From Chiloscyllium plagiosum (taxonomy: Eukaryota), in the NCBI RefSeq assembly GCF_004010195.1, contig NC_057720.1, positions 14,137,947-14,201,946 on the forward strand: a DNA stretch of 64,000 nt, written 5' to 3'. A program made the translations under genes and the position numbers. Below, piece by piece: positions 13,922-26,677 of this stretch; position 1 is the first letter of the stretch; each line of letters begins with the position of its first letter. The notes under the pieces are model-generated. The model ran no database searches. It was not told where the DNA came from and saw only the letters and a program-made list of their open reading frames with translations.

Positions 13922-14361
13922 NNNNNNNNNNNNNNNNNNNNNNNNNNNNNNNNNNNNNNNNNNNNNNNNNNNNNNNNNNNNNNNNNNNNNNNNNNNNNNN
14001 NNNNNNNNNNNNNNNNNNNNNNNNNNNNNNNNNNNNNNNNNNNNNNNNNNNNNNNNNNNNNNNNNNNNNNNNNNNNNNNNNNNNNNNNNNNNNNNNNNNN
14101 NNNNNNNNNNNNNNNNNNNNNNNNNNNNNNNNNNNNNNNNNNNNNNNNNNNNNNNNNNNNNNNNNNNNNNNNNNNNNNNNNNNNNNNNNNNNNNNNNNNN
14201 NNNNNNNNNNNNNNNNNNNNNNNNNNNNNNNNNNNNNNNNNNNNNNNNNNNNNNNNNNNNNNNNNNNNNNNNNNNNNNNNNNNNNNNNNNNNNNNNNNNN
14301 NNNNNNNNNNNNNNNNNNNNNNNNNNNNNNNNNNNNNNNNNNNNNNNNNNNNNNNNNNNNN
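13922..14361. other. Assembly gap (440 N)
   Basis: Run of N. Confidence 1.
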
Positions 14362-17300
14362 GTGCTGGGGCTGAGAGTCTGTGCGGGGGCCGGGAGTCTG
14401 TGCGGGGGCCGGGAGTCTGTGCGGGGGCCGGGAGTCTGTGCTGGGGCCGGGAGTCTGTGCTGGGGCCGGGAGCCTGTGCTGGGGATCGGAGCCTGTGCTG
14501 GGGCCAGGAATATTTGCTGGGGCCAGGAGTCTGTGCAGGGGCTAAGAATCTGTGCTGGGGCCAGGAGTCTGTGCTGGGGCCGGGAGTCTGTGCAGGGGCC
14601 GAGAGTCTGTGCAGGGGCCAGGTGTCTGTGCTGGGGCCAGGAGTCTTTGCTGGGGCTAAGAGTCTGTGCTGGGTCCAGGAGTCTGTGCTGGGTCCAGGAG
14701 TCTGTGCTGGGGCTGAGAGGCTGTGCTGGGGCCGGGAGTCTGTGCTGGGGCCGGGAGTCTGTGCTGGGGCCGGGGGTCTGTGCAGGGGCCAGGTGTCTGT
14801 GCTGGGGCCAGGAGTCTGTGCTGGGGTCGGCAGTCTGTGCTGGGACCAGGAGACTGTGCTGGGGCCAGGAGTCTGTGCTGGGGCCAGGAGCCTGTGCAGG
14901 GGCCAGGAGCCTGTGCAGGGGCCAGGAGTCTGTGCTGGGTCCGCGTGTCTGTGCTGGGTCCAGGAGTCTGTGCTGGGGCCGAGAGTCTGTGCAGGGGCCA
15001 GGTGTTTGTGCTGGGGCCAGGAGTCTTTGCTGGGGCTCAGAGTCTGTGCTGGGTCCAGGAGTCTGTGCTGGGTCCAGGAGTCTGTGCTGGGGCTGAGAGG
15101 CTGTGCAGAGTCTGGGAGTCTGTGCTAGGGCTGAGCGTCTGTGCTGGGGCCGGGAGTCTGTGCTGGGGCCAGGAGTCTGTGCTGGGGCCGGGAGTCTGTG
15201 CTGGGGCCAGGTGTCTGTGCTGGGGCTGAGAGTCTGTGCTGGGTCCAGGAGTCTGTGCTGGGTCCAGGAGTCTGTGCTGGGGCTGAGAGGCTGTGCTGGG
15301 TCTGGGAGTCTGTGCTAGGGCTGAGCGTCTGTGCTGGGTCTGGGAGTCTGTGCTAGGGCTGAGCGTCTGTGCTGGGGCCAGGAGTCTGTGCTGGGGCTGA
15401 GAGTGTATGCTGGGGCCAGTAGTTGTGCTGCGGCTGGGAGTCTGTGCTGAGGCCAGGAATCTGTGCTGAGGCCGGGATTCTCTGCTGTGGCCAGTAGTCT
15501 GTGCTGGGGCCGAGAGTCTGTGCTGGGGCCGAGAGTCTGTGCAGGGGCCAGGGGTCTGTGCTGGGACAAGGAGTCTGTGCTGGGGCTGAGAGTCTGTGCT
15601 GGGGCCGGGAGTCAGTGCTGGCGCCGGGAGTCTGTGCTGGGGCCGGGAGTCTGTGCTGGGGCCAGGAGTCTGTGCAGGGGCCGAGAGTCTGTGCAGGGGC
15701 CGAGAGTCTGTTCTGGTCTGGGAGTCAGTGCTGGGGCCGAGAGTCTGTGCTGTGGCCGGGAGTCTGTGCTGGGCGGGGGGTGGTGTCTGTGCTGGGGCCA
15801 GGAGTCTGTGCTGGTGCTGAGAGTCTGTGCTGTGTCTGGGATTCTGTGCTGGGGCCAGGAGTCTGTGCTGGAGCCGGGAGTCTGTGCTGGGGCCAGGAGT
15901 CTGTGCTGGGGCCGGGAGTCTGTGCTGGGGCCAGGATGTGCTGGGGCTGAGAGTCTGTGCTGGGTCTAGGAGTCTGTGCTGGGGCCAGGAATCCGTGCTG
16001 GGGCCAGGAATGTGTGCTGGGGCCAGGAGTCTGTGCTGGGGCCAGGAGTCTGTGCTGGGGCTGAGAGTCTGTGGTAGGGCTGAGAGTCTGTGGTAGGGCT
16101 GAGAGTCTGTGCTGGGGCCGGTAGTCTGTGCTGGGTCCAGGAGTCTGTGCTTTGTCCAGGGGTCTGTGCTGGGGCTGAGAGTCTGTGCTGGGTCTGGGAG
16201 TCTGTGCTGTGGCCGGGAATCTCTGCTAGGGCCAAGAGCCTGTGCTGAGGCCAGGAGCCTGTGCTGGGGCCAGGAGCCTGTGCAGGAGCCCGGAATCTGT
16301 GCTGGGGCCAGGAGCCTGTGCAGGGGCCGAGAGTCTGTTATGGGGCCAGGAGGCTGTGCTGGGGCCTGGAGTCTGTGCTGGGGCCTGGAGTCTGTGCTGG
16401 GGCTGAGATTCTGTGCTGGGGCTGAGATTCTGTGCTGTGGCTGAGAGTCTGTGCTGGGGCCAGGAGCCTGTGCTGGGGCCAGGAACCTGTGCAGGGGCCA
16501 GGAGTCTGTGCTGGGGCCAGGAGTCTGTGCTGGGGCCAGGAGTCTGTGCTGGGGCCGGGAATCTGTGATGGGGCCCGGAGCCTGTGCAGAGGCCAGGAGT
16601 ATTTGCTGGGGCCAGGAGTCTGTGCAGGGGCTGAGAGTCTTTGCTGGGACAAGCAGTCTGTGCTGGAGCTTAGAGTCTGTGCTGGGGCCGAGAGTGTATG
16701 CTGGGGCCAGTAGTTGTGCTGCGGCTGGGAGTCTGTGCTGAGGCCAGGAATCTGTGCTGGGGCCGGGATTCTCTGCTGTGGCTAGTAGTCTGTGCTGGGG
16801 CCGAGAGTCTGTGCAGGGTCCAGGGGTCTGTGCTGGGACAAGGAGTCTGTGCTGGGGCTGAGAGTTTGTGCTGGGGCCGGGAGTCTGTGCTGGCGCCGGG
16901 AGTCTATGCTGGGGCCGGGAGGCTGTGCAGGGGCCGAGAGTCTGTGCAGGGGCCGAGAGTCTGTGCAGGGGCCGAGAGTCTGTGCTGGTCTGGGAGTCAG
17001 TGCTGGGGCCGAGAGTCTGTGCTGTGGCCGGGAGTCTGTGCTGGGCGGGGGGTGATGTCTGTGCTGGGGCCAGGAGTCTGTGCTGGGGCTGAGAGTCTGT
17101 GCTGTGTCTGGGATTCTGTGCTGGGGCCAGGAGTCTGTGCTGGAGCCGGGAGTCTGTGCTGGGGCCCGGAGTCTATGCTAGGGGCCAGGAATCTGTGCTG
17201 GGGCTGAGAATCTGTGGTAGGGCTGAGAGTCTGTGGTAGGGCTGAGAGTCTGTGCTGGGGCCGGGAGTCTGTGCTGGGGCCGGGAGTCTGTGCTGGGGCC

Positions 17301-17967
17301 GGGAGTCTGTTCTGGGGCCAGGAGTCTGTGCTGGGGCCGGGAGTCTGTGCTGGGGCCGGGAGTCTGTTCTGGGGCTTGGAGTCTGTTTTGGGACAAGCAG
17401 TCTGTGCTGGGGCTGAGAGTCTGTGCTGGGGCCGAGAGTTTATGCTGGGGCCATGAGTCTGTGCTGGGACCGGGTGTCTGTGGTAGGGCTGAGAGTCTGT
17501 GCTGGGGCCAGGAGTCTGTGCTGGGGCAGAGATTCTGTGCTGGGGCAGAGAGTCTGTGATGAGTTTGGGACTCTGCGATGACTTCTCTTCAGAGTCAACT
17601 ACGGAACAAGGAAGGAAAAATCACAGAAACGGAAAATTACAACTGGACAGAGCAGAGCTAATCCACCAGTGTCTTGGCCATCTGCATCAGGGAAGATAGT
17701 AGGGCGGACAGTCAGGGGTCACATGCATTAAAACATCGACTGTACAGCCCAGGAACAGGCCCTGCGACCCACCATGTTGTGCCTGTGGCAAGGTTATATG
17801 AACAGGTTGTACTAAATACAGAAATAATTGTTAAACTGGTCGAGGTATTGCTGGTGATATAGGAAAAGGCCACATTCATTGCTTGTCGATAGTTCCCTAA
17901 CATGGCGCTGGTGAATGTACTGTTCAAACTATTACATTTCTGGTCATGGTGTTCCATCGACCCCCCC

Positions 17968-18250
17968 ACAGTGCAGAAAGAGGCCATGAGACCACCAGGT
18001 CTGTGCTGACCCTCCAAAGACCATCCCACCCAGATCCGGCCCCCCACCTTATAGCCGTAACCTCAAATTTAGCCAATTCACCTAACCTGCACACCTTTGG
18101 ACTGTGGGAGGAAACCAGAGCACCCGGGGGAAACCCATGCAGACACAGGGAGAATGTGCAAACCCCACACAGTCAGTCACTCGAGGCTGGAATTGAACCT
18201 GGGTGCCTGATGCTGTGAGGCAGCAGTGCTAACCATGGAGCCATTATACC
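17968..18250 (-). mobile_element. HE1-like tRNA-derived SINE
   Basis: Reverse complement of the tggttagcactgctgcctcacag...gggttcaattcc head plus the ggtttcctcccacagtccaaag body. Confidence 0.85.
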
Positions 18251-18653
18251 ATGGAAAGGTATTGTCCCAAATCTTCCAATCTGTGCCTGATCAGTCATGG
18301 CACGGCCCACTTTCCTTTCCAGAACCTTTCCTTCTGGACATCTGATACAGGTGCCTTTATAACCAGGGCAGACTCACAGGCAGCAGGCTTGGTGTGGACA
18401 GTGACAGAGCTGCACCGGGTTTTCACTGGAATGGTTTTCATAATGTAGTCAGTAAAGACAGTTTAACGATCCCAAAACCTCTTTGATAGCAACTGAGAGA
18501 ATGTAAGCATGGAACCACAATTTGTGAAGCAGTAAGGTGGTTGGAAGGGTGGGTAAGGCATAGAGAAGCAGTTGGTGAAGGGGTGTGGAGGCAGAGATGT
18601 GGGTTAGAGAGTAGAACGGGTCACCTGGCTGGGTGGGGAGGTGAGGTCTTCAT

Positions 18654-18825
18654 AGTTAAAATTCACACATCACCAGGTTATAGTCCAACAGGTTTATTTG
18701 GAAGTGCTAGCTTTTCGAGTGCTGAAGGAGCAGATAGTGCTTCCAAATAAACCTGTTGGACTATAACCCGGTGTTGTGTGATTTTAACTTTGTGCACCCC
18801 AGTTCAACACCAGCACCTGCACATG
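18654..18825 (+). mobile_element. Fold-back PLE pLTR-derived element, family B
   Basis: Inverted arms agttaaaattcacac...ggaag / cttcc...gtgtgattttaact with a right-hand tail. Possible decayed TSD gaggtcttcatag/gagatgttcatag. Confidence 0.8.
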
Positions 18826-19644
18826 GAGATGTTCATAGGCTGTGGTTAGACGGGAGCCTGTGCGGTTGTTATCTGGGGCATGGATTGTTGCCTGGTTGAT
18901 AGGGTTTTCACAGTTGGATTATTGTGAATTATTGGATGGGGCGGGGTGCAGTGGTAATTTAGGGTAGGCATTCATTTTTGGAGTTAGCCAGAAGTTAGAG
19001 CAGGTTTCAATCACTCCAACGTTTCCTATATATATATATAGTGAGTAAACTAGAACCCTCCAAAGAGAGTTCCTGATGCTGGGTAATTTCCTATCAGAAA
19101 TTTAAACTTCCCAGGTAACCAGCAGTTTGTCATAATATCCGGGAGGCCCCGACACACATCTTTCAGGATAAATGCAATTCCCGACTATCCAGAGACTGGG
19201 AGACTTGAACTATTCGGAAGGGAACTCCAATAGACTGACTCAATGATAAATGAAGGAGTGATGATACATATTTAAAATAGGAAGATGCATAACTTGAAGA
19301 GGAACGTGGAGATGATGTGATTCCCATGGTCCAGTTGGTCAAGGATACATAGTCAAGAGGTATTGTTGAAATAACCTTTGTGAGTGTGTTTGCCCAGATA
19401 ACAGATCATGTACATATTTTTGTGATGGTGTGTCCATGATGGAGATCAAAATGGTGTATCCAAGGCAGGATTACCAAGCAAGCAAACTCCCCAGGCCCGG
19501 CTGATACTGCAATACATCCAGCTAGCAATAATGCATTTTTGACACACAGCTAGTTTCAGCTTTTCAGTCAATGGAAAAGTTCTGAAGGCCTCAGGAGAAC
19601 CAGTCTTTGGGACCACAGTGTTGCTAATTACATTCCAGTTCAAC

Positions 19645-19910
19645 AATTTTAAGGTGAGAGGAGAAAGGTACAAAAAGGACACGAGGGGCAACATTTTTAC
19701 ACAGAGTGGTTCCTGTGTGGAATGAACTACCAGAGACTGTGATGGATGTAGGTACAGATACAACAATTAAGAGTGATTTGGATAAGTTCATGAACAGGAA
19801 ATGTTTGGAGGGAGGTGGGCCAAACGTAGGTAGGTGGCACTAGTTTAGTTTGAGAACATGGTCGGTGTAGACTGGTTGGATGAAAGGAACTGTTTCTGAC
19901 TCTATTACAA
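19645..19910 (+). mobile_element. CR1 LINE 3' fragment
   Basis: tttaaggtgagaggagaaag...ttttacacagagtgg...tggaatgaactaccaga, the CR1 ORF2 end and 3' UTR. Confidence 0.8.
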
Positions 19911-20931
19911 CAAACTGCCACATCTCCCCTGCACGAGTTGATAGGATGTGGATGGTAGTGGAACTGACAACTGTGGCAAGGACCTGATTATTGATGAAAA
20001 AAAACTAAACATTTTGCCAAAGATTTTCATCTTGCACTCATTCGGACAACTTGCAAGAAATATCACTTTAAAGGGGAAACATTTAAGCTGCATGGCAAGG
20101 ATTTTCTTATTAGTAGAAGCTTAGCTATGGAGAATGAACCAGACAACTGACAGTTAACTGTCAAGCTTTGTTTAAATTTTAAGGCAGGTAGGCGGACTCT
20201 GATTGGTCAAGTTCACACTGGGGAATAATGGAGCAGATAGTTGCCATCTGTTTTGTTGAATTGAAACAGGCATTGTGTATGTACATATTTCTTCTGTCTG
20301 CGCTGTGTATGAACATACATAGCTTCCACAAGACAAAGTGTGCCAGGTTGCAAGGTTTTGAAGGTTGGAGAGGTGAATAGGCATTTCCTAGAGATAGTCA
20401 TTACTTAGTATGTGCTAGTACCTAGAACGAATGCAACCTCCCAAACATACTCTAAGCCCGGATATTATCTAGGTCTTATTGTAGACTGGTGTGAGGTGTT
20501 TTATCACCAGTTAAGCACAGTGAAATTGAGATTGAACAACCCCACCTCCTGGCTTTATGATGAAGGTAAGGTCATGGTTGAAACCATTAAAGATGATTAG
20601 ACCAAAGTCACTTCTCTCATAGAATATAATTTATTAAAACATTAACAAACTTCACTAATACTTTGAAGCCTGGGTTTCTTGAAATGGATTTTTCACAAAC
20701 ATATAGTTACAATATTATTCATCTTAGTAAAAAGAGCTAATCTGCTTCTAAAATGGACACAAAAATCTTACAAAATGGCTTGCAGAAATCACATGACTGC
20801 CCTTGTGGATTTCAGCTGATATTGGGACAAAACTGTACTTATCCCAGGGAAAACTGCAAGAGGTCTCTTGAAATTCATTGAACTTTTCCAAGCTCAGAAA
20901 GAAACTCGTTAATTCAAAGCAGAGTATTGAC

Positions 20932-21135
20932 AATGCTAGAGATCTGAGCTGAAAAATGTGTTGCTGGAAAAGCGCAGCAGGTCAGGCAGCATCAAAGGAG
21001 CAGGGAAATTGACGTTTTGGGCATAAGCCCTTCTGAAATAGAAACACAAGGTTCTGGAAAACATCTGGTCTGACAACATCGGTGGAGAGAGAAAAACAAG
21101 GTTTAGTGAGTCCAATATGACAATTCTTCAGAATC
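20932..21135 (-). mobile_element. Adjacent PLE pLTR fragments (family A then family C)
   Basis: gctggaaaagcgcagcaggtcaggcagcatc...gacgttttgggcataagcccttc, followed by a degraded gtggagagag...ttcttcagaa piece. Confidence 0.65.
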
Positions 21136-21249
21136 TGAAACTTATTAAGAATAGCTTTCCTAGGCACAGCCTACCTTACTTAAAACCTGACAGATTGAGA
21201 CAGTTAAATAGTTTGTCACCTTGACTCGCACTCGATGGTTGAGATTGTA

Positions 21250-21449
21250 CAGACATTTTTCTATAATGTGACACCACACTACGTAAAAATCGCACAATAA
21301 AAAATATCACTTTAAGTGTTTGCGATGTAATTGCGTTATAGCCAACACATGTTTTACAAATTAGTGTTTTAGAAACAGTGTTCCCTATTCGTGAATCGTG
21401 TTACAGCCAATTAAAGGTAACGAAAGACGCATCATCACAGAACTGGCTG
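21250..21449. mobile_element. Tigger/pogo-type MITE
   Basis: TA|cagacatttttct ... agaactggctg|TA: imperfect TIRs with TA duplication. Confidence 0.7.
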
Positions 21450-21489
21450 TACTCCAGACTTGGACTAACCCAGTCGCTGTACCAACACT

Positions 21490-21735
21490 GCTACCTGTGA
21501 GTCCCCACCAAGCCACTCATCATCCTGACTTGGAAATATATCGCTCTTCCTTCAGTGACACTGGGTCAAAATCCTGATATTCCCTCCCTAAGGGCTTTGT
21601 GGGTACACCTACAGCAAGTGGACTGCAGTGGTTCAAGAAGGCAGCTCACAACCATCTTCTCAAGGGCAACTAAGGATGGACAATAATTGCTGACCCAGCC
21701 AGCGATGTCGATGTCCCACAAACAAATAAAAAAAC
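21490..21735 (+). mobile_element. 3' end of the LINE family seen at 44752-48898
   Basis: atcctgacttggaaatatatcgct...ttcaagaaggcagctcac...caagggcaactaaggatgg tail. Confidence 0.75.
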
Positions 21736-22165
21736 ACTAACCAGACAGCATGATATTAAAATCTGACTGTGAGAAAACATTTTTTTTTTCTGCAGTGATC
21801 CTAGTAACATCATCTGGACATGATGAGAGACACAAAGAGGTGACCAGGGTTGCTGTACTGTATCAGGCCACCAAGATTCACCTCTGTGCAATAAAAGCAA
21901 AGCAAAGGACCTGTCATTCACACCCAGGGTCTGTTGTGCTCTGGCCACTTGAGCGATCATTCTCTAACTACTTGACTACAGATGCCAATGCAGCTGCTGA
22001 ATCTGACTTCAATTTTTCAACCCCTTTCTCTTCAGAAAGAAAATTTCAAATCCACCAGGCCTGCAACAGTATTAGAGATTAATTTCATTTCCATGTTCAT
22101 AAGTAACTTGGATTCTTATTAGCTAGAGTACAATTATGAAGAATAATTATTAATAAGTTCATCAC

Positions 22166-22523
22166 AGAACATAGAACATTACAGCTCTGTACAGTCCCTC
22201 GATGTTGCACCGACCTGTGGAACCAGTCTGAAGCCCATCTAACTTATACCATTCCATTCTTGTCCATATGCCTATCCAATGACCACTTAAATGCCCTTAA
22301 AGTTGGTGAGTCTACTACTGTTGCAGGCAGTGCATTCCACACCCATACCACTCTCTGAGTAAAGAAACTACCTCTGACATCTGTCCTATATCTATCACCC
22401 CTCAATTTAAAGCAATGTCCCCTCGTATTAGCCATTGCCATTCAATGAAAATGGCACTCACTGTCCAATCTATCTAACCCTCTGATTAGATTATATGTCT
22501 CAATTAAGTCGCCTCTCAACCTT
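22166..22523 (-). mobile_element. CR1 LINE 3' fragment
   Basis: [37 protein letters not shown]; (agaacat)n tail. Confidence 0.9.
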
Positions 22524-22959
22524 CATATTTTACTTGTGTAACTTGCAGCAATATTGTGTAAAGCATAAAGCTGTGCAGCTGGTCACTTTTAACTTTAAGC
22601 ACTTGGAAATTAAACCAGGGCTACAAATGAGTGATAGAGATGCCTCGTTCACAGAGCACTCTGCAACATTGTATCGTGGTGGCAACAGATTTGACCAACG
22701 ACAGAAACTGTATTGGCAGATAGTTGAATTCCCACTTTCTCTACTCCACTGGAAATATTGACACATTTTTGGGTAACTTTTCACCAGTTACTGTTGTCAC
22801 CTTATCTAACTGGCTGTGGCTTGTATAATTAGGATGTATTTTGCATTGAGGTGGGTCTTCAGTAATGACAAATAAGGCCACTGCTCTAACTTCCATTACC
22901 AGACCATCAAGCCACACAGTGCGTGGCCACCTCATATTTGACACATGCTTACGATATTC

Positions 22960-23820
22960 ATCGAGTCATAGAGATGTACGGCACAGAAACAGACCCTTAG
23001 GTCCGACCCATCCATGCTGAACAGATATTCTAAACTAAATCGGGAATCATAGAATCATAAAGCCCCTGTAGTGTAGAAACAAGCCATTTGACCCCACTAG
23101 TCCACACCGACCCTCCAGAGAGTAACCCTCCCAGACCCATTCCCCTACTCTGTTACTCTACTTTTACTCCTGACTAATGCACCTAATCTAGACATCCCTC
23201 AATGCTACGGGCAATTTCCCATGTCCAATCCACCAAACCTGCACACCTTTGGACTGTGGGAGGAAACTAAAGCATCAAGGAAACCCAAGCATACATGGGG
23301 AGACTGTGCAACCTCCACACAGTCGCCCAAGGCTGGAATCGAATCCAGGTCCCTGGAGCTTTGAGGTCCCATTTGCCAGCACTTGGCCCATATCCCTCTA
23401 AAGCCTTCCTAATCATGTACTCACCCAGATGCCTTTTAAATGTTGCAATTGTAACAGCCTCTACCACTTCCTCTGGCAGCTCATTCCACACACACATCAC
23501 CCTCTGCATGAAAAGGTTGCCTCTTAGGTCCCTTTTAAAATTTTCCCCTCTCACCCTAAACCTCTAGTAGTGGACTCCCCCACCCCAGGGAAAAGACCTT
23601 GGCTATTTACCCTATCCATGCCTTTCATGATTTATAAACCTCTATAAGGTCACCCCTCAACTTCCAATGCTCCAGGGAAAACAGCCCCAGCCTGTTCATG
23701 TTCTCCCTATAACTCAAACTCTCCTACCCTGGAAACATCCTTGCAAATCTTTCCTGAACCCTTACAAGTTTCACATCGTCCTTCTGATAAGAGGGAGAGC
23801 AGAATTGCACACAGTAATCC
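22960..23820 (-). mobile_element. CR1 LINE 3' fragment interrupted by a SINE
   Basis: FKRDLRGNLFMQRVMCVWNELPEEVVEA; 3' UTR resumes left of the SINE. Confidence 0.85.
23044..23364 (-). mobile_element. HE1-like SINE (5' truncated)
   Basis: cacctttggactgtgggaggaaac...ctccacacagtc...ggaatcgaatccagg. Confidence 0.8.
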
Positions 23821-24084
23821 CCTGCTAGTTACCTTATCCACTTTGGAAAGGTGGAAAATTAAGTAAATTCTGGACCTTCCAAGTTTATTCTTCAATAATT
23901 TCAGCTCTGCATTCTGTACTCAAAATGTGAACTGATCTGGTGACCGTTTCACAAAAGGGTAAAGAAACATTGGAAAAGATGCAGACCCAAAGTGACTAAA
24001 TTGATACCAGAATCGAGAGGTTTTATTTACCAGGGAAGATGGGGGCTTCCTCCTCTAAGAAAACGAAGACTGAGGAATGTCCTG

Positions 24085-24557
24085 TCTACAAGGATGTTAT
24101 CAGGGTTGGAGAATTTGAACTATTGGGAGAGGCTGAACACGCTAGGACTGTTTTCTCTGGAGCATCAGAGGCTGAGGGGTGACCTTACAGATGTTTACAC
24201 AATTATGAGGGGCATGGATAGAGTAAATAGGCAAAGTCTTTTCCCTGGGGTCGGGGAGTTCAGAACTGGAGGGCATAGGTTTAGGGTGAGGGGGGAAAGA
24301 TGTAAAAGAGACCTAAGGGGCAACTTTTTCACGCAGAGTATGTCTATAGTGAGCTGCCAGAGGAAGTGGTGGAGGCTGGTACAATTGCAACATTTAAGAG
24401 GCATTTGGATGGGTATATGAATAGGAAGGGTTTGGAGGGATATGGGTCGGGTGCTGGCAGGTGGGACTAGATTGGGTTGGGATATCTGGTTAGCATGGAC
24501 AGGTTGGACTGAAGGGTCTGTTTCCATGCTGTACATCTCTCTGATTATGACTCTATG
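24085..24557 (+). mobile_element. CR1 LINE 3' fragment
   Basis: RMLSGLENLNYWERLNTLGLFSLEHQRLRGDL...RTGGHRFRVRGERCKRDLRGNFFTQ. Confidence 0.9.
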
Positions 24558-24691
24558 ATGAATAGATTTGACACGGTATTCATACAAAAAATATAAGGCA
24601 AAAGTGAGGACTGCAAATGCTGGAAACCAAAGTTTAGATCAAAGTGGTGCTGAAAAGCACAGCAGGTCAGGCAGCATCCGAGGAGCAGGGA

Positions 24692-24727
24692 GATCAACGT
24701 TTCGGGCAAAAGCCCTTCATCAGGAAT
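24692..24727 (-). ncRNA. Minimal hammerhead-ribozyme motif in PLE pLTR
   Basis: CUGAUGA-A-GGGC-UUUU-GCCC-GAAAC-GUU. Confidence 0.65.
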
Positions 24728-24804
24728 AGAGGCAGGAAGCCTCCAGGGTGTGGGGGGTATGGAGGGGAGAAGTGGGGCTGGTGGATCTCCTGTAGGACCT
24801 GTGG

Positions 24805-25275
24805 ATCTCTATGACTACCTGGTCAGGTCCTCGCCCCCCAACAACCCACCCTCCCGTTCCTGGCACCTCCCCTGCCACTGCAGGAAATGCAAAACTTGCG
24901 CCCACACCTCCTCCCTCACCTCCACCCAAGGCCCCAAAGGAGCCTTCCACATCCATCAAAGTTTTACCTGCACATTCACCAATATCATTTATTGTATCCA
25001 TTGCTCCCAGTGCGGTCTCCTCTACATTGGGGAGACTGGACGCCTCCTAGCAGAGCACTTTAGGGAACATCTCTGGGACACCCGCACTAATCAACCCCAC
25101 AGCCCCGTGGCCCAAAATTTAAATTCCCCATCCCACTCTGCCTAGGACATGCAGGTCCTGGGCTTCCTCCACTATCGGTTCCTCACCACCCGACGTCTGG
25201 AGGAAGAACGCCTCATCTTCCACCTCGGAACACTTCAAACCCAGGGCATCAATGTGGACTTCAACAGTTTCCTTA
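24805..25275 (+). pseudogene. PLE GIY-YIG endonuclease remnant
   Basis: CRKCKTC...FTCTFTNIIYCIHCSQCGLLYIGETGRLLAEHFREH*...RRLEEERLIFHLGTLQTQGINVDF; in-frame stop at ~25145. Confidence 0.9.
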
Positions 25276-26372
25276 TCCCCTCCCCCCTACCTTACCCCTG
25301 TTCCATCCTTTCAGCACAGCACTGTCCTCATGACCTGTGCTACCTGTACTTTCTACCTATCCACTCGAACTTCCTCTCTGACCTATCACCTCCATCCCCA
25401 CCCCCATTCACCTATTGAACTCTATGCTACCTTCTCCCCTCCACCCCCCCCGCCACCATTCCCCAATTTATCTCTCCATCCGGGAGGTTTCCTGCCTCTA
25501 TTCCTGATGAAGCCTGAACATCAATTATCCTGCTCCTCGGATGCTGCCTTACAGAGGATATATCCATTTGTGGGGCACACCAGAATGAGAGGCAATAAAT
25601 ACAAAGTCATCATTAATAGGGATTTTAAGAGGAACCTATTTACTCAGACAATGATAAGAATGTGGTAGGATTGTTTCCTACCCGTAAGAATGGTTGAGAT
25701 AAATAAAAGCCACATATTTAAGGAGAAGCCAGATAAACACATTGGTGAGCAAGTATTAGAAGTCCATGTTGATTGAGTGAGAAGTCAATGTGTAGGGGGA
25801 GGCTCATATGAGACAGAAACACTTGAATAGTCCTGAAGTGTTGAACAGTCTATAATGTTTTATCATGTCATAGAGTTACAGAGATGTACAGCATGAAAAC
25901 TGACCCTTCAGTCCAACCCGTCCATGCCGACCAGATATCCCAACCCAATCTAGTCCCACCTGTCAGCACCCGGCCCATATCCCTCCAAACCCTTCCTATT
26001 CATATACCCATCCAAATGCCTCTTAAATGTTGCAATTGTACCAGCCTCCACCACATCCTCTGGCAGCTCATTCCATACACGTACCACCCTCTGCGTGAAA
26101 AAGTTGCCCCTTAGGCTTCTTTTATATCTTTCCCCTCTCACCCTAAACCTATGCCCTCTAGTTCTGGACTCCCCAATCCCAGGGAAAAGACTTTGTCTGT
26201 TTATCCTATCCATGCCCCTCAATTTTGTAAAGCTCTATAAGGTCACCCCTCAGCCTCCGACTGCTTCAGGGAAAACAGCCCCAGCCTGTTCAGCCTCTCC
26301 CTGTAGCTCAAATCCTCCACCCTGGCAAAATCCTTATAAATCTTTTCTGAACCCTTTCAAGTTTCACAACAT

Positions 26373-26677
26373 GCAGCATGGTGGCACAGTGGTTAGCACT
26401 GTGGCCTCACAGCACCAGAGACCCGGGTTCAATTCCCGCCTCAGGTGACTGACTGTGTGGAGTTTGTACATTCTCCCCGTGTCTACGTGGGTTTCCTCCG
26501 GGTGCTCCGGTTTCCTCCCACAGTCCAAACAATGTGCTGGTTAGGTGAATTGGCCATGCTAAATTGCCCATAGTGTTAGGTGAAGAGGTAAATGTAAGGG
26601 AATGGGTGGGTTTTGCTTCGGCGGGTTGGTGTGGACTTGTTGGGCCGAAGGGCCTGTTTCCACTATGTAAGTAATCT
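26373..26677 (+). mobile_element. HE1-like SINE nested in CR1
   Basis: ggtggcacagtggttagcact (A box), gggttcaattccc (B box), gggccgaagggcctgtttcc tail. Confidence 0.92.

Larger units (their letters stand above)
1320..17560. repeat. Giant G-rich 19-bp minisatellite (gagtctgtgctggggccag/cgg)
   Basis: Continuous 19-bp tandem units with variant types over ~16 kb, interrupted only by assembly gaps. Confidence 0.98.
24595..25550 (+). mobile_element. Penelope-like element (Neptune-type) 3' part with inverted pLTR at the left end
   Basis: GIY-YIG region on +. pLTR on - at 24595-~24780 and on + at ~25470-25550 (cctgcctctattcctgatgaag...cctcggatgctgcc). Confidence 0.9.

Noticed and set aside
22..17559. 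Long ORFs (313, 971, 822, 444 aa etc.) in the minisatellites
   Set aside because: The 19- and 23-bp periods give the same peptide in all frames, some ORFs run through N gaps, and there is no domain or splice evidence.
1..17560. CRISPR-like array
   Set aside because: Units are contiguous with no unique spacers, there are no cas genes, and the context is vertebrate.
1320..17560. Immunoglobulin switch-like region (G-rich, TGCT/GGGG words)
   Set aside because: No Ig exons or RSS in the window; the resemblance is only compositional.
22495..22944. Overlapping short ORFs in unique sequence
   Set aside because: No recognisable protein similarity or convincing splice sites.
26373..26445. tRNA genes at SINE heads
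   Set aside because: A/B boxes run into the SINE body in many copies. These are SINE heads, not tRNAs.
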